Positions 1 to 13,095 of a stretch of 64,000 nucleotides of DNA are shown here, piece by piece. The translations under genes were made by a program, and so were the position numbers. The stretch lies in NCBI GenBank assembly GCA_036785375.1, contig JAWMAR010000003.1, positions 23,560,001 through 23,624,000 of the forward strand, in the 5' to 3' direction. The notes under the pieces were generated by a model, which searched no databases, was not told the DNA's origin, and saw only the letters and a program-made list of their open reading frames with translations. The DNA comes from Leucoraja ocellata (Eukaryota). The first letter of the stretch is position 1; the number at the start of each line of letters is the position of its first letter.

Positions 1-2194
1 GTTTCCGTTCAGGTTTCCTAAGTGGGACAGGGGCATTAGATCCCTTTTCCAAGGTGGGGTCTTCCAATTAAAAAGGTAAAAATGTCCTTCACTGTTTTCA
101 CTATGATTACTGGGCGATCTCCAGCTCTTGAATACACTGCTGAAAATTGTTCCCATGAGATCTAAACCCAGAAGAGCAAGTTTTAATAATTAATTTATTG
201 CCATAAATGCAAACAATTAATTTCAGAGCTGGAAGGAAAGAGGAAATTGGAAGGGTTGCAAGAAAACCAGAAGAGAATCAACCAGTAAAGAAAATAATTT
301 TAGAATGTCTGTACTTAAAAATGAAATAGTGCCAGCTAAATTGTATTCTGCTTGTATCAGAATTGGACCGGTACTACACTGTAACTTCAGGCTTGATGAG
401 ATAGATAGGGATTTGCATAGTAATGCTCATTGGTGTTAAATAAATGTTGCCACTAATTAAAACATTAGGCTGCCTTGCCTGCTCTCCAAACCTCGAGGGA
501 TATTAGCAGATGCTTATGTTGATGAGTTAGTGGTGAGAAAGAAGACACATTAGGTAAGATGAGACCGAGCTCATTGCAGTCAGCACTCAACACATATTCC
601 ATTGCTGCGGCTTCCAGTTAGAAGATGTCATCTCAGGACTGTAGCCAAGAACTAACTCAGGAGCTCCTACTTTCCTTCCTCTCTCACTGCCACTGGTGAT
701 GAAGGGCATCACATTTTGCATTGTTGCTGTTTGTCCAGTTTCATGGAGATCTTGAGACGTAACCAACACATGAAGCAGTGTGAAAGTGTTCAAAAAAGGA
801 GTGAAAGTCCAGGGTGAAAGCTTAGACATTTGTGCGAATAGAATACCAAGCCCGTACACCAGGCTGTCTGTTAATGGACAATTAGGGAGATAATTGAGGG
901 TAAACTAGAGTGGGGGGTGGGATTACGGGGTGCGGCAGCTGAATATGGCTTCAGCTTTGTCAAATGGATGCTTGCCAAGGGCAGGTGGTGAGGCAGGCAG
1001 CTGTCCACTGTCACAGTGTTTCCAGAGCCACACAGGCAGCAGTGGGCAGGTGCAGCTGGAAGCTTGCAAGCAATGACATTAAGGAACAACTTCTAAAATA
1101 TAATTAGAAGTTGAAGTGTGGAGACACACTGCAAATGGTGGCTCAGGCACAGGAAGAGGACATCCTTTCAACCAGAATCAAATTATTTATGTAATTTGCC
1201 TTTGTGACAAAGATGTTTGGTTTAGTGACTCCCTGTGGTGAGTGCGAATAAGGGTTTTGCTCAAATATGTGAGGCAAGGCACACAGATCCACTTAGCCTT
1301 GAGGTGTCCTCATCTAGCATTTGGTATTTAACAATAAAGATATGGCTGACTAGACAGTGTCACTGTACCCTCAGGCCTGCATGGAAACAATGATAATTTG
1401 TTTTAACATTTTACTACATCTAGTCGATGTACATTCTGTCTACTTAATGCTTCATTGACAGATTAACAATAGCACACGAAGCTCATAAGAGCCTAGCTTT
1501 TCTATTTATTTCAAATATATTTAACTTTCATTTTATTTTAAAAGTGTACCGTATTACAATAAGTGTACCTTATTACAATGGAATATATATATGGCAGGAG
1601 GTTGGAAAAGGATAGAATTTTGTCCGTGAATATTTTAGCATTAGATTTTTTTTGATTAGGACATAGCTGATAAACTAGGGATACAACCTAATGACCTCAC
1701 TGATAATGTGCCAGAGCCCTGTAGTCCAATAAATCTGAGGAATCAGATGCAGTCTGGCAGCGTTTATAAAATATTCCATGACAGGTTTGGAATGGGAAAT
1801 GAACAATCCAGCAGTAAAATTGATTGCGCTTCACTGGAATTATGGAGCAGAGCAGAGGAAAGCAATTACTTGCACAAGGCTGTCTCTGGCTTTCGGGCAA
1901 ACCAAGTCAAGCAACTCATTTGGAAATAAATACTGGTACGTGTGGTGGGTTTTCTTTAGTGCCTTCATTACATTCAGAATTATGGATACCCAGAAAACAA
2001 TTACAAGGCATTTGAATGACCTCAGAAACCACGGATTGGCAATGTGCTTGACTGACATCTGAGCCACAAATCAAGACTACAGTCTTGAAATCCCTCCAGG
2101 TTTTCTGTGTTGTTAAAGTCCTGGTATTACTCATAGGTTCACACGAGAGGTTCTGAAGGCTGAAATAAATCAAATGCAATCAAATGGCAACTGA

Positions 2195-2478
2195 TGGATT
2201 GAAAGGTACAGCATGGAAACAAGCCCTTCGACCCACTGAGTCCATGCTGACCTTAGAACACCAGTTGTATGTTCCCCTGCTTTAGCATCCACTCCTTACA
2301 CACTCGGTGCAATTTATGGAGGCCAATAAAGCCACACGTGGAAGGAAATCAGAGCAACGGATGGAAACCTACAGGGTCACAGGGAGAACCTGCAAACTCC
2401 ACACCTGCAGCACCCAAGGTTAGGATTGAATCCGGATTTCTATGAGGCAGCCGCTCTACCAGCTGTGCCACTGTGCCG
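2195..2478 (-). mobile_element. V-SINE (HE1-like), degraded
   Basis: tRNA-like head (GGCACAGTGGCACAGCTGGTAGAG...GGATTCAATCC), V-domain-like core, CR1-type tail GAAGGGCTTGTTTCCATGCTGTA. Confidence 0.75.
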
Positions 2479-2757
2479 TTTCTTAGTTTTTGAACAAATA
2501 CAATAAGTTTACCTGTTGGCAGATGATAGTGGTATCATAGGCAGACATTAGAACTGTGACATTTCTTTAAAGTTTTACCCAGCTGATTATTAAAGTAGAA
2601 TATATTCAGGATTAAACTAAACAAATGCATTTTTAAAAGCACAAGAGCTTGGCACCAGATTAGTATGATACAGACTTGCAATCTGCAATAGACTCCTTTC
2701 ATTAAGTTTTAATTTTGTGGGTCTGGGTACCACTACCAGCAGTGTCTACTCACTTTC

Positions 2758-3064
2758 TATTTAGTTTAAGTTAGTTTAGAGATACAGCGCGGAAACAGGC
2801 CCTTCGGCCCACCAGGTCCACGCTGACCAGCGATCCCTGCACATTAACACTATCCTACACACTCAAAGGACAATTTTTACATTTACCAAGCAAACCTGTA
2901 TGTCTTTGGAGTGTGGGAGGAAACTAAAGATCTCGGAGAAAACCCACGAAGGTCACAGGGAGAATGTACAAGCTCCGTACAGGCAGCACCCGTAGTCGGG
3001 ATCAAACCCGGGTCTCCAGCGCTGCAAGAGCTGTAAGGCAGCAACTCTACCACTGCGCCACCAT
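2758..3064 (-). mobile_element. V-SINE (HE1-like), near full length
   Basis: A box TGGCGCAGTGG, B-box-like GGTTTGATCCC, core GTTTCCTCCCACACTCCAAAGAC, tail GGCCGAAGGGCCTGTTTCCGCGCTGTATCTCTAAAC(TAAAC)n. Confidence 0.85.
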
Positions 3065-3065
3065 A

Positions 3066-3470
3066 CTGTCCTATTGCCCTCGAGAAGATGGTGGTGAGCC
3101 ACCTTCTTGAATGGTTACAGTTTTTCTGAGTGTATTTCTGCAGTGCTGTTGTGTGGCAGGGAGGTGCGGTCTGTAGGAGCGGGATTCTAGGACATAGACC
3201 CAATGGCAATGAAGGACCATTGATACAATCCTAAGCAAGGATGATGTATGACTTGGAGGGAACCCTCCGGTATTCCTGTGGTTTGTAGTCTTTGTACACA
3301 GTGATAGAAGAAACAGGTCTGGGAGATGCTGTGGGAGTGATCAGGTGAGGAACTGTGATGCATTTTGCAGGTGGTACCCACTGCAGCCACTGGATGATGG
3401 TGATGGAGGAATTGGTGGATGTGGCACTATTGAAACAGGTAGTTCTGTCCTGAAGGGTGTTGAGCTGCGA
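3066..3470 (-). mobile_element. Old CR1/L2-group LINE 3' fragment
   Basis: Reverse complement resembles the 3' end at 13010-13060 (TTCAAGAAGGTGGCTCACCACC...GGGCAATAGG). Confidence 0.5.
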
Positions 3471-4834
3471 GAGTTGATTAAATTATTATTCAGTAAATAT
3501 TTTTAATGCCGTTGCTTATCATTGAGGATAACCAATATTTTCCAGTTTGACGTACATTTGGATTTTCAAAAGACGCCTGAAAAGATGCTGTGAATATGCA
3601 TATTAACAAAAACCTTTACAATTCTGCCAATATATTTAAAGTAAATTTGGCTCAGTGAAAGGACATTCATCCTTAGGCGTGCAAGTGAAAGTTTCACACA
3701 TTACTTCTGCTGGGTGCTCGCCAGATTTCTGTTTAATTGCAACAAGACTTCCTTCCTCTCACACTGATTTTCCCTTGTTCGACATCAATATTTAATTTCC
3801 CTTCATAATTGTTTATTGTCCTTATATATGTACTGCCCATTTTATTATGTACCCAAACCCTTTGAAGACTAATGTTTAATATTTTCTCACTATTTTAAAA
3901 ACCTCTTTTTTGTTTTTCTTATTTTTCCCACCAGTGAATAACCTTGCATTTCATCACATTTTACTCCATTGATCACCCACTTCTCCATATCTCTCTATCA
4001 GGTCCTTTGTTTTGTTTTTTTGCAGCCCCTTTTGCCATGTAGCTTTTCATCATCAGAAAGCTGGGATAGATTACACTGTGCCCTTTCATCTATCACACCA
4101 TTATAGCTTTTGAAAGCCAAGACCCCAGCATCCACCTTTACTGCAGCCTATTATCTGTACTCTGTCAACTTGCAAACATCCCATTTATTCTTATGATCTT
4201 CTTTTCTTTAAGCACAATTTTAACTATGTCAATTCATTAGTCATTCCTTATTTTGACTATGTTGACTGCCTTTTGAAAATCAAAATTACTTCATACATTG
4301 GCTTCCCTTTTATTCGTAGTTCACTGGTTTTATCTTCCACGAATACGAATGTTAGTTGTGTCAAATCAGATTTCCTTTCATGAAACCATATTGATTTGCT
4401 TTACTAATTTCCTGTTCCCAAATCCTTAATAATGGAGTTGGCCATGTTCCCAACGACTTCTCTCGGGAGCATTAGCGACAGTTCCCTATTTTCTCCCTCC
4501 GTTTCTAGAAATGTTTGCTATCTTCCAATCTCTGGGGTCTTTCCAGGATCGAGAGAGTTTAGGACGATTGCATTATCTTGAAGTAGTCAAATACCCCAAG
4601 GGACTTTACAACTATGCTATCATGCAAAGTAAGCCAAAGAAGCAGTTATTAGGACAGCTGAGCAAAGGTTTTGACAAACGAGTAAGGAAGGAACGCCAAA
4701 ATGTAGGGTCGAGGAGAGGTCAGCCACCAATACTGGGAGTGATTAAAGTCAGGGATGCACAAGAACCCAGAACTCGAAGAACGCAGAGTGTTCAAGGGGA
4801 AAACAGAAGCCTGAGGCATTGGATTAGATGGAAG

Positions 4835-4995
4835 ATAGACACAAAATGCTGATGTAACTTCTTCAGACTGAAGGGTCTCGACATGAAACATTACCTATTC
4901 CTTCTCTCATGAGATGCTGCGTGTCCCACTGAGTTACTCCAGCATTTTGTGTCTATCTTCGATTTAAACCAGCATCTGCAGTTCTTTCCTACACG
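4835..4995 (+). mobile_element. Penelope-like terminal (pLTR) fragment with inverted 5' piece
   Basis: GAAGATAGACACAAAATGCTG is inverted relative to 4940-4960; flanked by GGATTAGAYGGAAG direct repeats (4821-34, 4996-5009). Confidence 0.7.
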
Positions 4996-5189
4996 GGATT
5001 AGACGGAAGGCAGGACTGACCCATGGCAGTGATGTCAGCTGGGCCGAGTGACAATGCAGACTTTGTGATTCATTAGTTGGCATTATTTCATACTATCTTT
5101 CTTGAGGTAGCTGCAGGGATTGAAGTCACTATTTAAAATCAATGAGCAACAACACCAATCACTTAAAAGCACTTATTTAAATCAATTTT

Positions 5190-5590
5190 ACCAGAATGAT
5201 GCCTGGATTGGGGGGTATTGGTGACAGGGAGAGGTTGGACAGACTTGGATTATTTTCTCTAGAATGCTGGAGGTTGTAGGGAGATCTGAATTATATTATG
5301 AAATGCATAAACAGAGTAAATCATCATATTTTTTCCAAGATGGAAAAATTAAATACTAGAGGGCATAGATTTAAGGTGTGAGGGGCAAAGTTTAAAGGAG
5401 CAAGTTTATTATGCAGAGGATGGTAAGTGTCCAAGGTTGGTGGTTGAGACAGATACAATTGTGGCATTTAAGGATTTTTTGGATAGGCATATGAATGGAG
5501 GGAGATACAAGATGGTCTTGGCATTATGATTGGCACAGATATTGCAGACCAAAGGGCCTGTTCTTGTGCTGTACTGTTCTATGTTCTAAA
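5190..5590 (+). mobile_element. CR1 LINE 3' fragment
   Basis: Degenerate RT C-terminus (..AGAGGGCATAGATTTAAGG..) and tail AAGGGCCTGTTCTTGTGCTGTACTGTTCTATGTTCTA. Confidence 0.75.
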
Positions 5591-8500
5591 TCCTGCCTGG
5601 TTAAAATTAAGTGTTTTAAACGGTGAGAATGTTCTTGTCCATTCTCTGCAGAAATGCATTTATATACATTTGGCCAAGATGTTCTCATGTGTCAGGAATT
5701 ACCATTAACTCCAAGACACGCAAAAAGAGCACATTTCTGACCAAGGTGGACAATATGGGTACTCATTTGAGGGTCAGAACTGACAATGTAAATGCAGTAT
5801 TAGGCTTAGCGAGGGTACACGCTGAAGTCTTTATCCTGTAACATTTGCTGCAGTTTAAACTTCCCCCAGGAACAAATGTGGTGACAATGCAGGTGCGTTT
5901 TGGATTAAACACTGCCAGAAGCTGATCAGCTTGAAAAAGCATAAAATTCCTTTAGAGAAGGCAACTGTACAGTTTTCAATGGAAGGAGAGGCTAGTATTG
6001 TTGTATGCTTCAGTTGATATCCAGGCTATAAAATAACCTCAAGCAGCTCCTCCCTATCATTTGGTCATTTGGAAAATTAGCACATTCTTACCCTTTATCC
6101 ATTTAATCTCCTAGCAATTCCAGAAAGGTTCTCCCTAATTTCCAAATGTTATCAGCCAAAGATCAATTCTCCTGCTCTATTTAGTTCTGACTTGCTTCTC
6201 TCAAAGGGCATTTCTACCTGTTCTGGGAAAGGGCAGTCATTAAGTCCCGTGCATTGTTAGATCTTCTGAGTTTCATATTTATTGCTTTAACCTCTTCTCG
6301 TCTCCATTCATCGTCCTGTCAAATACTTTAGAAGGTGTTCAACTGCTTTAATGTAATGTCATTTTGTTAATTTGGAAGTCTTGCCCTCTATGTCCTTTAC
6401 AACAAAATGAATGTGCACAACCTGTGTCCAGGCCTGCCCCAGGCACAGGAAGTGCGCAAGGAAAGATTTCTTGTGAGCTTTGATGCAGAAAGTGAGAACA
6501 AAAAGACACATACCACGATCTATTAAAGGGAATTTATGAAGTACTATTAATTGGGATGCCTGAAAATGTTATTTCTTTCCATAAGAAAAAAAAAATCAGT
6601 ACTGATTGCATTAACAATGCATTTAAAAAATCAACGGTTGCCAAAATTATCCCACAAAGATGTCCTTATTAATCATCCTCCCATTAACTGATGTCAGCTA
6701 TAATTGTAATTAATTTTGCTTTTTCTGCTGCATCTTAAAATAAGTAGCAAAGCCTGAGCAACTACACTAAAAAAAAAATAAAAGATCTTATTTTCAAAGA
6801 TGTCAGTACGTTTGCGAACAGAGCAGTTAGATTTAAATATAAAACAAAACCACAGTCTCCGGTCTGGGAAACACAGGATGAGTCACAGGAAGAGGCCATA
6901 CAGTTGCCGAACTCATTAAAAGTAATGTTAGACAAAATGGATTTCCTGTATCAAAAAATAGATTGCTGTCATTGAAGAGGTCAACTGATACCAGCTTTGG
7001 GATTCACTGCAAAATGAATAAAGACTGAGATACTGATGGAAAGTAAAATGTTGCTGCACTGCCTGCAAGCGGGGCATGTAACTTTAATGTGTGATAGAAA
7101 AAGCACCAACAAGTTCAACTAATGATTTGCTGCTAGGCCTGAACAATCAGAATATGCATTTTATTATTTGTATCAAATCAAAGACAAAATATGTCTTCAC
7201 CATTAGAATTGTCTCCACAGTGCAGTTGCTGAGAGCAAATTCCAGGATTTACTGTGAAAATCATTAACTATTAACGATATATTTGATAGAAGTTGCAATT
7301 TTAGTTCAGTAAAATAATGTCCATTAAGGGGAATTGAAGCTAGCAGCAAAATCATTGCTTTTCTTTTATCTCATCTCACTCACATAGAAAATAGGTGCAG
7401 GAGTAGGCCATTCGGCCCTTCGAGTCATTCAATATGATCATGGCTGATCACCTCATAGAAATGAGAATCTTTTTGTTGTGCTGATGGAAATCCCACTTCT
7501 AACTTAATTACTGCAAAACAGAACTATCTACAGCTAGGCTGTTCCGTCTGTTATGCACAAAAGACTGAAGTATCAATTAAAGCAATTTTCAGGGATGGAT
7601 CCCACTAGAGGAAGCCCAATTGTAAGGCTTTTTTTTTGTAAGTGTTTGCATTATTGTGAAATACAGTATAAATAGGGGGTCCTGAGGCAAAATACTGCTT
7701 ATACTGAAATAAAAAATTGTTAGAAATACTCAGCAGGTCAGGTGGCTTCTACATAGGTAGACCATTGGAGATGCTGACCTGCAGAGAAATTCTAGTGTTT
7801 TCAGCTTTAATTTGAAATGTGTGAATGGCTTCTCATACTCGTACATCCCAAGAAGCTGTGAGTGGCTTAGATAAGGCGTGTCCAGGATTGTATTCGTATT
7901 TGTGCTAAAAAAAATGATTTAAAACCAGAAATGCTGTTTGACTATTTCTCTTTCCATGGCTCCTCCTGACTTGCTCAAAGTTTCAGGTCCGTGACCTTTC
8001 ATTGGGAAGAGAAACAAAACTTTAGTTTTCAGCAGCGGAGGCGAAGGTGGTGACTGGGAGAGAACAAAGGGAATAGTGAGTGAGATAAAAGCTGCGAGTG
8101 AGATAAAAAAGTAGTTGTTGGAATAGTGTTGAGGATCAGAATGTGGCCCTTTGTCGGTGTAGCATGCTGCTAACAGCAACGCTGTGAGATGTGCACTACT
8201 TTCTGAAATATGTAGTTTTTTCTCTTTCAAAAATATGAATATGCTTTTTCTTCAGTGACGATAATTTGATTTGCAAGATGTAGGTATAAACCCCCATGGA
8301 ATTGGGTATTCCTGCTCTCAGTGAGTAGTAGCTATCAATCTCCTGCAAGAGCAGAATGTGGAGGACAGGAGCCCGACTGAGGAAGAGGGGAGTGAACTGA
8401 GGGGTGGAATTAATGTTTAGTGAGGTGGACTATTCAAGGATTTTTTTTAAATCCTGGATGGTGTAACGCTTGTTGAGATTTACTGTAGGTGTACTTATCC

Positions 8501-8779
8501 AGACACATGGAGCATATCCCACGTGCCTTGCAGGTGATGTAATTAAAGAGGTGAGTCTGTCACTAACTGCACAAATAGACAGGCAAGTTAACCCAGGGCT
8601 TAAGAAAAGTTTATTGAAAATTGGAAGGAAATGACAGTTCACAGGAAATGCAGAGGGAATAGCGACTTCCTTTGTGAACTAGAGGAAAGGAAAAGGAGAG
8701 GAGTAACACTCTTCAGAGCTCAGATGGAGCAGTAGCTACAAAAATTGAGTTTGGATAAAAAGTGAAAAAAAAACCCAAA

Positions 8780-9710
8780 GGGAGATGGTTCTAGCTGTTG
8801 GAGGTGAATTATCCCAACCCCAGGAATGATATTAGCAGGAGTTTATTGGGGTAGTGTCTTATCATCAGTTGCTTAATCAATGAGCTTCCTTCAACCATCA
8901 TGCCAGAAGTTGTGAATTTTACCAATTAGTTGCACCATGTTAAGTTTTATTCTCAATACCACGGTAAAAAACAAAGTAGAGACAGAGTCTGTAGAAGGTC
9001 CCGACCTGAAACCTCATCAATCCATGTTCTCCAGGGATGCTGCCTGAACTGCTAAGTTACTCCAACATCTCGGTAAACCAGCATATGCAGTTCCTTGTTT
9101 CTACAAAAAACATAGTAGTCCACATATGCATGCGGTAAGGCTTGCACAATGTTCAGGCATGAGCTGAAAAGTGGCAATTAATATTCACTCCCACAAAAGT
9201 GTCAGGCAATAATCACTTCCAAAAAGAGGAAATTAATTACTTACCCTTAATATTTTGTGGTTATGGGAGCATGTCAGAGGCTGTGTGTCCTGTGGTGAGT
9301 GATACACGTCCTTACTTACTTCATCTGCAAGGCGCGTGGAATATTCGCCACATGCTTGAATAAGTGCAGCTCAGTAACTCTCGGCAAGCTTGACACCATC
9401 AGAGAAAACAAGCCTGCTTGACTGGTCCATTACCCTAAACATTCCTTCCTTTACCGCTGGGACACACAGGCTCCAGTGTGTACCATTTACAAAATCCATT
9501 GCAGTTACTTATCTCAGCTATTCCAGCAAGGCGTCACAAACCTGCAAATCCTAGCACCAAGGTGGACAAAGACCTTGCAGAGATATACCATGACCTCCAG
9601 GTTCCCCTTCTGGCTCCCTCACATTCACGAGTTCTATATCCTCCAATGCCTTGCCTAACCATATTGTGAGAGTACCTTCACCAGACGAACGACAGCGTTT
9701 CCAGATATTT
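8780..9710 (+). mobile_element. Old CR1/L2-group LINE body fragment with a Penelope-end insertion (~8975-9105)
   Basis: Degenerate RT-like DNA; family shared with 12820-13095; ends approximate. Confidence 0.5.
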
Positions 9711-10039
9711 CAGTTGCTGTAAATCTTAAACAAAGTCGTTAAGGAAAAATTCAGCAGGCTAAATAATGTGTAACGGAAAAAAACAAAAGTTACATTTTAG
9801 GTATCTTTTCCCTCATAATTTGATATTTTCTAATTACCTAGTTGGAGATAATCTGGCCCAGCAAATCCATGCCAGGTCTCAAAGCATTCACATCAATCCC
9901 TTTTCCCTCACAACTGACGCACCCACCATTCCACCCTCTCTTTCCTGCCACCCACCTACACTAGGAGCAGATTACTGCCGCTAGTTAAACAACATCACAT
10001 TCATGTTGTGTGGGAGGAAACTAGAGGAAAGACCCAGAG

Positions 10040-10365
10040 GAAAAATAGGCCTTTTTGTTCACTGAGCACATGCTGATCATTAAACTCCCATTTACACTAA
10101 TCCTACCTAACCCACTTTATTCTATTCACACGCCTCCCTGATTCTACCACCCATCTACACACCAGGGACAATTTACAATGGCCAATTAATCGATCATACC
10201 ACACATTTTTGTTATGTGGGGGAACACCAGAGCATCCAGAGGAAACCGAAGTTGATCACGGGGAGTCCATGTAAATTGCACATAGACATTGCCAGAGTTC
10301 GGGATTGAACCCAGGTCACTGGACATGTGAGGCAGCAGCTCTACCAGCTGCAGCACCCTTCCGCC
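10040..10365 (-). mobile_element. V-SINE, degraded
   Basis: Head GCTGGTAGAGCTGCTGCCTCACA..GGGTTCAATCCC; same layout as 2758-3064. Confidence 0.7.
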
Positions 10366-10537
10366 CTGAACATTGTTCTCAACTTTTCAAAACCTTGCTT
10401 TCTGAACATGTATCTGAATATGATTTTTTTAAAGCATACCTCTCTGATTTCATTAGATTTTAGAAAAATAGCACCGAAAAATGATAACCATTTACAAGCT
10501 TAACTCAATATATTGGTAAAGCTTGGGTTTACTGTTT

Positions 10538-11419
10538 TAGAAACATAAAAAATAGGTGCAGCAGTAGGCCATTCAGTCCTTCGAGCCAGCACCGCCGTTC
10601 AATATGATCATGGCTGATCATCCAAAATCAGTACCCCGTTCCTGCTTTCTCCCCATATCCCTTGATTCCATTAGCCCCAAGAGCTGTATCTAACTCACTC
10701 TTGAAAACATCCAGTGCCTTCTGTGGCAGTGAATTCCAGAGATTCACAACGCTCTGGGTGAAACGATTTTTCCTCATCTCAGTACTAAATGGCCTACCCC
10801 TTATTCTTAAACTGTGACCCCTGGTTCTGGACTTCCCCAATATCAGGAACATTTTTCCTGCATCTAGCCTGTCCAATCCCTTAAGAATTGTATATGTTTC
10901 TGTAAGATAACCTCTCATCCTTCTAAATTCCAGTGAATATAAGCCCAGTCCATCCATTCTTTCATCATATATCGGTCCTGCCATCCCAGGAATTAACCTG
11001 GTGAATCTATGCTGCACTCCCACAATAGCAAGAATGTCCTTCCTCAAATTAGATGATGAAAACTGCACATAATACTCCAGATGTGGCCTCACCAGGGCCC
11101 TGTACAGCTGCAGTAGGACCTCCTTGCTCCTACACTGAAATCCTCTCGCAATGAAGGCCAACATGCCATTTGCTTTCTTCACTGCCTGCTGTACCTGCAT
11201 GCTTACTTTCAGTGACTGATGTACAAGGACACCCAGGTCTCATTGCATCTCCCATTTTCCTAATCTGACACCATTCAGATAATAATCTGCCTTCTTGTTC
11301 TTGCCACCAAAGTGGATAACCTCACATTTATCCACATTACACTGCATCTGCCATGCATCTTCCCACTCACCCAGCCTATCGAAGTCAACTTGCAGCCTCA
11401 TAGCAGCATCCTCCCAGCT
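10538..11419 (-). mobile_element. CR1 LINE 3' part (RT C-terminus and 3' UTR)
   Basis: ORFs 10628..11200 and 11240..11422 ([19 protein letters not shown]). Confidence 0.92.
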
Positions 11420-12232
11420 CAAGTCAAGTCAAGTCAACTTTATTTGTCACATATGTGCAGTGAAATGAAAGTGGCAATGCCTGCGGATTGTGCAACAATA
11501 ACAGAACACAATAGAACGGAACCAGTATTTACATTTTAGAAAAAATAAATAAAAAGACACAACACAACAGTAAATTTACAGTCCTAATGGCCTGCAGGAA
11601 GAAACTCCGTCTCATCCTCTCTGTTTTCGCAGCGTGACAATGGAGGTGCAGTTCGTTGCTGGGGTGGTAGGGGTCCTTCATTATGTTGCTGGCTCTGAAT
11701 CTGCACCTCCTGGTGTATAGGTCCTGCAGGTGGGTGAGTGTAGTTCCCATAGTGCGTTCGGCCGAATGCACTACTCTCTGCAGAGCCTTCCTGTCCTGGG
11801 CAGAGCTGTTCCCAAACCAGATTGAGATGTTACCGGACAAGATGCTTTCTACAGCCCCAGAGTAGAAACACTGAAGGATCCTCAGAGAGACTCTGAATTT
11901 CCTCAGCTGCCTGAGGTGGTAAAGGCGCTGCCTTGCATTAATCACCAGTGCGGCAGTGTGTGTTGTCCATGTCTGATCCTCTGTGATGTGGACTCCCAGG
12001 TATTTAAAGCTGCTCACCCTATCCACTGTAGTCACATTTATCTCTAGTGGTGTGTACATCCTCGGATGTCGAGCCCTTCTAAAGTCCACAATCAGCTCCT
12101 TAGTTTTTGTGACATTCAAGAGGAGGCTGTTGTCCTGACACCAGAGTGCCAGATCAGCCACCTCCTCCCGGTAGGCCTTATAGGCTTTATTGGAGATAAG
12201 GCCCATCACCACAGTGTCATCAGCAAACTGCT
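11420..12232 (-). mobile_element. Rex1/Babar-clade LINE, 5'-truncated RT
   Basis: ORF 11529..12308: FADDTVVMGLI...WCQDNSLLLNVTKTKELIVDFR...FKYLGVHI..ARQRLYHLRQLRKF; (TTGAC)n tail. Confidence 0.85.
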
Positions 12233-12819
12233 GAGACAGGGGGGAGGGGGGGGGGGGGGGGGGGAGGGAGGAGAGGGAAACGCTCCCCGGGCATCGCCAA
12301 ATCTCCACTCACTCCGGATGTTGTCGCCGCTTCACTCACACACACACAATGGCACACACAAGGTTTAAAGGTATATGGGCCAAATGCGGATAAATGGGAC
12401 TAGTTTAGACGGGGCATCTTGATCTGCATGAACAAGTTGGGATAAAGGGCCTGTTTTCATGCAGTAAGAATATGACTCATTGTAGAAAGTGTGCAATTGC
12501 TCTGGAGAAGATCCAGGGGCGATTTATGAAGATATTGGCAGGGCTGGAATTTTGAAATGTGAGGGCAATTGATGAGAATGTGGGATTAATGTAGGATTAG
12601 TGTAAATGGGTGGTTGACAGTTGTTGCAAACCTGGTGGTCTGTTTTCATGTTGTATCTCTGACATTAATAGCACCAAAAAACAAAACAATTTAAAAAATC
12701 TATTTTCAAGATGCTGCATATCCTGTTGAAGTGCCTGCGTAGCATTTTATCTTCCAGCTTAAACTTTCACTCCCACAAAGTTAGATGACTGTGGCTGCAT
12801 CATATGCATCTGCAAAATG

Positions 12820-13095
12820 CACCACAATTATTTGCATGGCCACTCTAAACACGCATCCTAAAACCATAACTTGTACCACTTTGAAGAGCAAGACCTGCAG
12901 GCACAAGAAAGCACTTACAGCTGCAGGTTCCTCTCATGGTACATGCCATGGTGACTTTGAAGTGTGTGTCCCTGCCCAACAGCAATGTCGGAAATAACTT
13001 TGCCATTAGCAGTTCAAGAAGGTGACTCAGTGCCACCCTCTTGGGAGCAGTTTAGGATGGGGACTAATTCTTAGTTTTTCCTGGGATGTACACAT
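12820..13095 (+). mobile_element. Old LINE 3' end
   Basis: GCAGTTCAAGAAGGTGACTCAGTGCCACCCTCTTGGG..GGATGGGG tail, related to 3066-3470. Confidence 0.5.

Noticed and set aside
2990-3064. tRNA gene candidates at SINE heads (also ~2410-2478, ~10290-10365, ~58787-58850)
   Set aside because: tRNA-derived SINE promoters continuous with the V-domain and CR1 tail; no proper cloverleaf
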